Of a stretch of 64,000 bases of DNA, positions 49,076 to 56,689 are shown in pieces (position 1 is the first letter of the stretch; each line of letters starts with the position of its first letter). The position numbers and the translations under genes are program-made. The notes below the pieces were generated by a model. That model was given only the letters and a program-made list of their open reading frames with translations. It did no database searches and was not told the DNA's origin. The DNA comes from Candidatus Latescibacterota bacterium (GTDB taxonomy: Bacteria; Latescibacterota; UBA2968; GCA-2709665): assembly GCA_965219455.1 (NCBI GenBank), contig OZ244744.1, positions 4,896,001-4,960,000 on the forward strand, read 5' to 3'.

Positions 49076-49633
49076 GAAGACCCGGAGAATCCTGCCGTCA
49101 GGGACGTCCAGGATCCATACGCTGTAGGGGCGACCGGCCGGTCGCCCGCAGTGGGCCACGACCCGGGTCAGTCTGCGCGATGATGGCCGTATTCAAATCT
49201 GCCGCAACCAAACGGATCAACGCCATGCGCGGCACGCTACGAACACGTTTTCCGGAATGAATCCGTGCTGGATCGGATTCGACAACACATCGCGGATAAC
49301 CCGGCGGGATGGTTTGAAGACCCGGAGAATCCTTCCGTCAGGGACGTCCAGGATCCACTCGGCGCACGGGCGACCGGCCGGTCGCCCCTACATTAGTGAA
49401 TGATGATGACGTCAAACCCTGACCAAACACATTAACGCCATGCGCCGCACGCCCGGTGCGCCGGTATGGCAGCGCAATTACTACGAACACGTTATCCGGA
49501 ACGAATCCGCGCTGGATCGGATTCGGCAATACATCGCACATAACCCGGCCGGATGGTCTGAAGACCCGGAGAATCCTGCCATCAGGGATGTCCAGGAACA
49601 ATTCGGCATAGGGGCGACCGGCCGGTCGCCCGC
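49076..49633 (+). repeat. Three tandem RAYT-3'-end plus REP units
   Basis: GAAGACCCGGAGAATCCT at 49076, 49316 and 49560, each followed by a REP (49124-49147, 49368-49391, 49609-49631); WQRNYYEHVIR...YIAHNP. Confidence 0.85.
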
Positions 49634-49768
49634 ATTGGTATATAATTCGATTACCGTAGATCTCGAATTTTACCCTGGGCCGCTGCACACGCTGGGAGAG
49701 ATTCGGGATGATATTATAGCCCTTGAGAAAGAGCCGGAGGGGTTGTTGGACGAAATTCTGAGGGCATA

Positions 49769-50101
49769 ATGAACGCCTCCTGCGATCCGGAGAAACATCA
49801 CCGTCGGTCAATCCGATTGCGCAACTACGACTATTCACGAGCCGGCGCATACTTTATCACCGTCTGCACAAAGGGCCAGGAATTACTGTTTGGCGAAGTG
49901 AATAATGGTGAGGTGGAGTTGAACGAATTTGGCCGGATGGCCGCAGAGGAATGGCTAAATTCTGCACGGATCCGCATCGAGATCGAACTGGACGCATGGA
50001 TTGTCATGCCGAACCACGTTCATGGCGTCGTCATAATTGTCAACAAACGCTGTAGGGGCGACCGGCCGGTCGCCCCTGGTTTACGGGCCGGGCCAGGCTA
50101 G
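49769..50101 (+). mobile_element. REP-associated tyrosine transposase (RAYT, HUH/Y1), N-terminal half
   Basis: HRRSIRLRNYDYSRAGAYFITVCT, VMPNHVHG (HUH); homology ends at a REP at 50052-50077. Confidence 0.88.
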
Positions 50102-50327
50102 GCCAATGGATAGTCGCGACGCGAGAACGAGGTGACGGTACAGATCTGTAAAAATGATTCACGCCGACATCCACGCGCTGGAACAAGAAGCCGAGGGGAT
50201 GTTGGCGCAGACTATTGGCGACTGCGAAAGGACGTGAGCACATTGCGTTTACAGTGTAGGGGAACGCAAATGCGGGGTCGACTCTAAATGGCTACTTACA
50301 TGTGACCCTCTTTCTTTTGGTGCCAAG

Positions 50328-51155
50328 ATGTCTTTTTCAAAATTACTTAAGAAAAAAGTCCGAGAACGCGCACTCGATCACTGTATCTATTGCCGAAAAA
50401 TATCCGGCAGTTTGCATATACATCATATCATTCAAGAAGGAGACGGCGGGCCAGATACAGAGGATAACGCTGCACCACTTTGCCCTAGCTGTCACGGTGA
50501 TTTTGGGGGTAACCCGGAGAAGCGTTCTCGGATTCGAGAAATGCGAGATCGCTGGTACGATATCTGCGAGAATTGTGTAATTGGATCAAGAAGATATCCT
50601 ATGTCAGGTTCTCTTGAACTAAATCGATATTCATTTGCCAGTGACGAGCTTGTTCATCCTCTGATTGTTCGTGAATTGTTAGGGTGGATTTCCGATTCAT
50701 CAGAGACGGTCGTTGGAGTGGATCTTGAATCGGCTAACAGCAGCAATCGGTTCCACGGAGACTTTGAGATTGATGATCGCGATGGGAGAAAGTGGGTAAC
50801 GTGGTCAGGTTCTGAGAGTCTCGGAAGTGAGTTCTTCACGTACGCTCATATCGTCACTTCTCCGACGGGAGTTGAAATGGTAGAGTGTTACGTTCGTGGT
50901 GGAGGTAGTGGAGTGTTTGGAAGCGTTGGACTCTTTCTTCTGGATCCAGATCGAGCTTTAGACGAATCTTGCTCAGGAAGATTGTCCACGCGGGATCGCC
51001 AAGTCCTTAAGATTCTCGGATCAATTGTTTTAGGCGATAGATACGAAGGTAAATTAACGTATGACGATAAGCTACTTACCATTGGCCGTGATGAAGGCAG
51101 AATCAAATCTCGTGGACGCATTTCAAAGTCTTGCCGCGAGTTTTTCGTTTTATAA
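50328..51155 (+). CDS. HNH endonuclease domain protein
   Basis: CIYC...IHHII...GG...DNAAPLCPSCH; unrecognised C-terminal domain; low GC. Confidence 0.8.
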   Translation: MSFSKLLKKKVRERALDHCIYCRKISGSLHIHHIIQEGDGGPDTEDNAAPLCPSCHGDFGGNPEKRSRIREMRDRWYDICENCVIGSRRYPMSGSLELNRYSFASDELVHPLIVRELLGWISDSSETVVGVDLESANSSNRFHGDFEIDDRDGRKWVTWSGSESLGSEFFTYAHIVTSPTGVEMVECYVRGGGSGVFGSVGLFLLDPDRALDESCSGRLSTRDRQVLKILGSIVLGDRYEGKLTYDDKLLTIGRDEGRIKSRGRISKSCREFFVL

Positions 51156-51373
51156 CGATTTTGCATTGTCTCTACAATCCACATATCCTTCAAGCGGACG
51201 GTACGGAACTACAGAGATGGATCAAACCGGTCGGGGGGAAGTTGACAACCGACACAGCAGAAGCGAGCAATTTCTGGTACGCGAATAACCTTCGACGTAC
51301 TCGAAGACGGAATGTCGTGGATTACATTGCATGCTCGCGTTGGCTCGGACGGAAATGGATGGCAAGGAAGCCG

Positions 51374-52210
51374 ATGAACTGTCCAAAGGGTAGTGAGATT
51401 TCGATCGGGGAATGGCTCGATCAAATCGGGGCTACGAAAAAGTATGTCGGTTGCGATGGAGACGGCCCACCGGACTGGGAAATTCAGTACAAGGGTTCCA
51501 CGATTGGTGTTGAGGTGACTCTCCTTCATAACACGGAAGGGTGGAGGAGGACCAATAGGGGAAGAAGAAGAGAGAAGGCCTTTGAAGGGGAACTCAGGCG
51601 CTTGATCGAAGAGATGTCCAAGGAGGGAGGGCAGGAGTGGCATACATTATGCGAGTACGACCCCAGAGTGCCTCGGCCGCCGAGTGATGATGATTGGAAG
51701 GCGCGCGTCCGTGACGCGCTTCGCGATTCACCCTCAGGTGATGGTATTCAATTGTTAACAGAGGGCGATATACAGAGGCGGGGATTGGGGCGCGGAATAG
51801 TGCTGGAGTTTATCCCGGTGTGTGACGGGGAAGGCTTCACAAGAGTCAGCGTCGACGAAGGCTCCTTGGTTGGCACAACGCTTTCCGAACGGCTTATTGC
51901 CAATGTGGACGAAAAAGCAGATAAGGTCAGAAAGGGCAAGAGATCGAAGGAATACAATCAGTGGTGGCTCGTCTTTGACGATGAGATCCTTATGGTTCCC
52001 TTTTCGAATCTTGTCCCCGAAGAAAGATCTGAGATCGTTGCGAGGGTGCATGAATGTGACGGAAGACACCAGTGGAGCAAAATCGTCATAGTTAGCCGAA
52101 TGCAAACCGGTCCGCCACCGGCGAAGCAGAATAAGTGGTTCTACGCTCCGTGGGAGAATCCCAAGCATCCTTCACTTCCGCCGAGCCCGTATTCGGCTAC
52201 GACTACCTGA
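51374..52210 (+). CDS. Hypothetical protein, possible PD-(D/E)xK-like nuclease fold
   Basis: PPDW...IGVEVT motif, K..K...Y..WWLV; start placed at ATG 51374 after AGGAAG. Confidence 0.55.
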   Translation: MNCPKGSEISIGEWLDQIGATKKYVGCDGDGPPDWEIQYKGSTIGVEVTLLHNTEGWRRTNRGRRREKAFEGELRRLIEEMSKEGGQEWHTLCEYDPRVPRPPSDDDWKARVRDALRDSPSGDGIQLLTEGDIQRRGLGRGIVLEFIPVCDGEGFTRVSVDEGSLVGTTLSERLIANVDEKADKVRKGKRSKEYNQWWLVFDDEILMVPFSNLVPEERSEIVARVHECDGRHQWSKIVIVSRMQTGPPPAKQNKWFYAPWENPKHPSLPPSPYSATTT

Positions 52211-52244
52211 CGGCCGCTGACTCAGCACACAGTCGAAGGATTGT

Positions 52245-52411
52245 TTGAGGGAATCGACTGAAATCAGTTTGGAAGTAGCGGAAGCGTGGGAGGGCGGTTA
52301 CGACGTCAGCGAGCGCCGACAGGGAATCTTCACGCTGATAGACGCCCAGAACGACCTGCGGGCCAAAGGTGTGAGACGCGGTACTCTGCCCACTTCGACG
52401 ACACCATCCCG
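52245..52411 (+). pseudogene. Degenerate hicB-like copy before hsdS
   Basis: TEISLEVAEAWEGGYD...GIFT...NDL, then GTGAGACGCGGTACTCTGCCCACTTCGACGA matching about 38640-38672. Confidence 0.7.
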
Positions 52412-52460
52412 CAGTCCAAGTTGGTTGATTCCTTTTTGTCCACGATGAGATTGTCTTGGT

Positions 52461-53789
52461 ATGAATTCATATATCGCTGGTGAATTAAGGCCTTATCAGG
52501 GAATGAAGGACTCAGGAGTAAAGTGGCTGGGCAAAATCCCTTCGCATTGGAAAGTATTACCTAACCGTACACTCTTTGAGGAGGTTAAGGAACGCGATCA
52601 CCCTGAAGAACAAATGTTATCTGTAACGATCAAGCGTGGTGTCATACGGCAGAATGAGCTTTTGGATGAAAGCTCACAGAAGGACAGTTCGAACTTAGAT
52701 AAGTCGGCATACAAACAGGTCAAGCCTGGAGACATCGCATATAACAAAATGAGAGCATGGCAGGGTGCCATGGGAGTTTCCGAGTACCAAGGCATCGTCA
52801 GTCCTGCCTATGTTGTTGAGCGGCCTCGTAAGGGAGTTAACTCCAACTTTTCCCATTATTTGCTTCGCACACCTGGATTCGCGAAAGAGGCAGAACGGTG
52901 GTCATACGGGATTAATTCGGACATGTGGAGCCTACGGCCTGAACACTTCAAGATGATCTATACTTGCCTTCCTCCCCTCCAGGAACAAGCCGCCATCGTC
53001 CGTTTCCTCGACCACGCCGACCGGCGCATCCAGCGCTACATCCGCGCCAAGCAGAAGCTGATTGCGCTGCTGGAGGAGCAACGAAAGGCTGCTACACAAG
53101 AAGTGATTCAATCACGAAGTGTTACCTCAAATAAAATCGAGGTCGTTGCAGACTTGGTCGAAAGGCCGATTCACCGTGTGGCCACCGACACTTACACCCC
53201 GATTGGTCTTTACAATCGAGGACGTGGCATCTTTAAAAAGGAACCTCGAAACGGCGGTGAATTGGGAGATTCCGATTTCTTTTGGGTCGAAGAAGGTGAC
53301 TTGGTTCTCAGCGGGCAGTTCGCTTGGGAAGGTGCAATCGCTCTGGCAGGTGGCACTGAGTTTGGGTGCGTTGCAAGTCACCGCTATCCGATCCTACAGG
53401 GTAGGCACAATGTCTTGGATTCAGGATTCTTGCTGGCGTTTTTTCAGACGGATTGGGGCCAGCTTCTTCTTGATCACCACTCAAGAGGTGCGGCGGGAAG
53501 GAACAGGCCTCTCAATGCTAGAACACTTTTGAAAGAGAAGATACCGCTGCCACCTCTTCGCAATCAGATGGATATAGTTAAAATGCTGCGACGCGAAAAA
53601 ATGGTGCGCCAACAGGTCGAAGACTCCAAGAGACTGCTGAATGAATACCAGACCCGCCTAATTTCCGATGTCGTCACCGGCAAGCTCGATGTGCGCGAGG
53701 CGGCGGCTGAACTGCCGGAGGAAGACGTTCACCGCGACACCGAGAAATCGGCGGACGAGTACGCAATCGAAACGGACGTTACCGTATGA
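52461..53789 (+). CDS. hsdS: Type I RM specificity subunit
   Basis: MKDSGVKWLGKIPSHW, two TRDs, LPPLQEQAAI, RLISDVVTGKLDVREAA. Confidence 0.93.
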   Translation: MNSYIAGELRPYQGMKDSGVKWLGKIPSHWKVLPNRTLFEEVKERDHPEEQMLSVTIKRGVIRQNELLDESSQKDSSNLDKSAYKQVKPGDIAYNKMRAWQGAMGVSEYQGIVSPAYVVERPRKGVNSNFSHYLLRTPGFAKEAERWSYGINSDMWSLRPEHFKMIYTCLPPLQEQAAIVRFLDHADRRIQRYIRAKQKLIALLEEQRKAATQEVIQSRSVTSNKIEVVADLVERPIHRVATDTYTPIGLYNRGRGIFKKEPRNGGELGDSDFFWVEEGDLVLSGQFAWEGAIALAGGTEFGCVASHRYPILQGRHNVLDSGFLLAFFQTDWGQLLLDHHSRGAAGRNRPLNARTLLKEKIPLPPLRNQMDIVKMLRREKMVRQQVEDSKRLLNEYQTRLISDVVTGKLDVREAAAELPEEDVHRDTEKSADEYAIETDVTV

Positions 53790-54688
53790 AGGACGGCGAC
53801 AACAACGAGCCTCCAGACGGCAAGGGAATAGAGATGCCGAAACAGGCCATCAAGTTCAAAGAGCCTTCTTGGATCCTGACTTGGTTAGATACGGCCTTGA
53901 AGAAGGAGAAAGAGAAATACAGAAAGTCTCCAATACTGCCAGATATGGTTCCGGGCCACGAATCTGCTCAAGGGTGGGGCTTTGTAGTTGTCGGATACTT
54001 CCTGGTTGAGGAAGCATTCAAGGCCCTTCTTCACGTTCGACAGAAAGGCGTCCCAAAGGAGCATGCGTTGTCGATTCTGTTCGGCCTTCTTGATCAAGAG
54101 GATAAGCTGACCCTCCGTGAATATTATAATGACTTCAGGGCAACTGTAGAAGGAGAACTAGGACGATTTCCATGTGACTCCATCGAGGACTTCCTTGAAA
54201 ACCTAGATGGAGATAAAGTCCAACGAGGGAGATTCATTGGCTCCTTCGATTGGCGGTACTTCCTTATCGAGGAAATGCAGAGCGGGAAAATGCCGTTGGT
54301 CAGCGTGGACTACCTGCATGAGGTCACGTATGGGCTTACGCGGATTGTGGAATGGGTCGTTTACGAGCGATTTTGTCCATCTCAACACACCCATAGCTGG
54401 CGATTGAGGTGGAAACGTCAAGAGAAGTATCGTGACTGGTACACCGTCAGGATGAATTCTGAAGAATGGAGTGATCTGGGAGATCGAATAGAAGAACTCT
54501 GGGGACCAGACTATTGTGGACGGTACGACTTGTGTATATTCCGAGGTGACAACAAAAAGTCTGTATTTGGAAAAGTCCCGCCGGCAAATCTGGATTTGCC
54601 GGTTATTGACAAGAGAAAAGAGATTAGGGTTTTCGATGTAGAAGAAGGATTTAGGAGTATCGGCGTAACGCGTCTGCGCCGTAGGTGA
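53786..54688 (+). CDS. Hypothetical protein with HEPN-like N-terminal motif
   Basis: YFLVEEAFKALL...KEHALSILF pattern and FDWRYF; ATGA overlap with the hsdS stop. Confidence 0.55.
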   Translation: MKDGDNNEPPDGKGIEMPKQAIKFKEPSWILTWLDTALKKEKEKYRKSPILPDMVPGHESAQGWGFVVVGYFLVEEAFKALLHVRQKGVPKEHALSILFGLLDQEDKLTLREYYNDFRATVEGELGRFPCDSIEDFLENLDGDKVQRGRFIGSFDWRYFLIEEMQSGKMPLVSVDYLHEVTYGLTRIVEWVVYERFCPSQHTHSWRLRWKRQEKYRDWYTVRMNSEEWSDLGDRIEELWGPDYCGRYDLCIFRGDNKKSVFGKVPPANLDLPVIDKRKEIRVFDVEEGFRSIGVTRLRRR

Positions 54689-54906
54689 CGGAAACCAAAC
54701 TGGTCATTTGGCATCCACGACGGTGCTTACGGACGCGTCCATCACTGCCGCTCGACGCCCCGGCAAGATCCCATAGGTCCGAGTATGTGTACCGTGGCGC
54801 AGGCACGACGCTTGCGGTAGCGTGATAAACCAGCCCTTGATGTAAAACTCTCAGAGTTCGCGCGCTGCCGCTGGAGTTGCCCGTCGGACGATTAAATCTT
54901 AAATTG

Positions 54907-54925
54907 TCACAGACAGAAACTGTGA
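54907..54925 (+). promoter_or_regulatory. Putative TA autoregulatory operator
   Basis: Inverted repeat TCACAG-N7-CTGTGA just before the antitoxin; related CACAC-AAAAA-CTGTGA near 41136. Confidence 0.45.
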
Positions 54926-54935
54926 GGCTGTGATT

Positions 54936-55298
54936 GTGAGAAATATCACCGTATCGGTCGACGAGCAGACACACCGGCTCGCGCGTATCCGTGCGGCGGA
55001 GTTGGATACATCGGTATCGGCGCTGGTGCGGGACTTCCTGAGACATCTGACAGCGGAGCGGGATGCGGGGGGCGAAGCCAGTGCCGAGTCTATTGAATCC
55101 ATCTATCAGCGTCGGTGCAGGCTGCTGCGGGAAGTGCTCGCGGACTTCGATAGACAGGGTATTGGGTTGCGAATGTCCGACAACCTGCCCAGAGAGGCGT
55201 TGTACGACCGCGTCGCGGCAAGGGCCGAGGCTGTCGCCGAGCGCGAGCGGCAGCGCAGCATCTCTGAAGCACTCAGAGTCTCGCCATGCGATTCGTAG
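54936..55298 (+). CDS. Ribbon-helix-helix-type antitoxin, copy B
   Basis: Paralogue of 41161-41523. Confidence 0.82.
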   Translation: MRNITVSVDEQTHRLARIRAAELDTSVSALVRDFLRHLTAERDAGGEASAESIESIYQRRCRLLREVLADFDRQGIGLRMSDNLPREALYDRVAARAEAVAERERQRSISEALRVSPCDS

Positions 55299-55711
55299 AT
55301 ACCAATGTCCTGCTGTACGCTGTCAGCGAGGTCCCGGAGGAGGCCGACAAGCGGGCGCGCGCGCTGGAAGTCCTGACAGAACCCGACCTCGCCGCGTCCG
55401 TTCAGGTGCTGCAGGAGTTCTATCACCAAACCACCCGGCCGACACGGATCCGCAGTCTTTCTGGCAATAGAGCTTTGCAATTCCTGGAGCCGATTCTGCT
55501 GTTCCGGATTCAGACCATGACGATTGACGTTTTTCTCGAGGCCATCGCCATCAGCCAGCGCTTTCGGCTGTCCTATTGGGACGCCGCAATTCTCGCCGCG
55601 GCCCACGCCCTGGGCTGCGATGCCGTGTATTCCGAAGATTTGAGTACAGACCAGGACTACGACGGCCTCCGGGTCATAAACCCGTTCACGGACGAGCAGG
55701 CTTCACGGTGA
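55286..55711 (+). CDS. PIN-domain (VapC) toxin, copy B
   Basis: FVDTNVLLY, SVQVLQEF, SYWDAAI, VYSEDL. Confidence 0.92.
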   Translation: MRFVDTNVLLYAVSEVPEEADKRARALEVLTEPDLAASVQVLQEFYHQTTRPTRIRSLSGNRALQFLEPILLFRIQTMTIDVFLEAIAISQRFRLSYWDAAILAAAHALGCDAVYSEDLSTDQDYDGLRVINPFTDEQASR

Positions 55712-55800
55712 ACACCGACACCACTAAACGCCCCAAACAGAACGAACGTGACACGGGGAATCGTCACGAAATTCCTCATTTACACGAGGTTATGAGAAAT

Positions 55801-56226
55801 ATGAGCCACTCGACTCCACGCTGGAGGTACAGATTCTCCAACTACAAGCGTGCCTTTACGTTGCTGCGGGAAGCGATAGAGACGATGAGTGAGTCCGGAC
55901 TGAGCCAACTTGAAAAGGAAGGAACCATCCGGAGGTTCGAATACACGATGGAACTTGCGTGGAACGTCATGAAGGACTATTTGGAGCACGAGGGCGTCGT
56001 ATTTGAACAGACCACTCCGAGGAACGTCATCAGAAAGGCCTTCGAGACCAACCTGACCGAACACGGGAGGGTATGGATGGACGCACTCGATGCACGAAAC
56101 AAGATGTCCCATACCTACAATTTCGAGCAATTTGAAGAGGTAATAGAGAATATCCGCAGCCGATATCTTGCCGCAATGGAAGACCTTTACCTGGTTCTTT
56201 TGGAGAAGGAGGCGGACATTGACTGA
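55801..56226 (+). CDS. HEPN / HI0074-family protein, copy B
   Basis: FEYTMELAW, RNKMSHTY. Confidence 0.9.
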   Translation: MSHSTPRWRYRFSNYKRAFTLLREAIETMSESGLSQLEKEGTIRRFEYTMELAWNVMKDYLEHEGVVFEQTTPRNVIRKAFETNLTEHGRVWMDALDARNKMSHTYNFEQFEEVIENIRSRYLAAMEDLYLVLLEKEADID

Positions 56227-56560
56227 CCACGGACTTGTCGATGAGGAGCTCGAGACGATTCGGGCAGTTTTGGCCAACTTCGCCGATGAGATCAGACAGG
56301 TTGACCTGTTCGGATCGAGGGCCACGGGAAACTACCGCGGAAATTCCGACGTTGATCTTGTCGTTCACGGAGACGTCAGGGATGCCACGATCGACAGACT
56401 GTGGACTCTGTTCAACGAGAGCAATCTGCCCTTATCGGTTGACGTTGCCAGCTATGAAAGCATGACGTATCGCCCCCTGAAGGCGCATGTCGACGCTGTC
56501 CGGCAATGCCTGTTTTCGGCTCAGGACATCCGGCAGGGCAAGAAAACGCGGGCTACATAG
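56219..56560 (+). CDS. Minimal nucleotidyltransferase (MNT), copy B
   Basis: TTG start after AAGGAGG; LFGSRATGNYRGNSDVDL. Confidence 0.88.
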   Translation: MTDHGLVDEELETIRAVLANFADEIRQVDLFGSRATGNYRGNSDVDLVVHGDVRDATIDRLWTLFNESNLPLSVDVASYESMTYRPLKAHVDAVRQCLFSAQDIRQGKKTRAT

Positions 56561-56689
56561 ACGCCCCAAAACGAGCTCCGGTTACCTTCTATAGTCGCCC
56601 ACTTGTGTGCCGATGATTCATGGCTTAGGAATGCGCGGGATCGGATATTGGCGCAGTCCTGAAGCGTGCCTTCGCAGGATTAAACTTGA

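Noticed and set aside
49076-49633. Regular repeats read as a CRISPR array
   Set aside because: Period is about 240 bp, the intervening sequences are homologous RAYT fragments, and no cas genes are present
50232-50287. Possible second REP type (GTAGGGGAACGCAAATGC...)
   Set aside because: Single degenerate copy with poor palindromic symmetry
55576-55800. Long N-terminal extension of HEPN copy B, suggesting a fusion
   Set aside because: Overlaps PIN in another frame; copy A starts at MSHSTP
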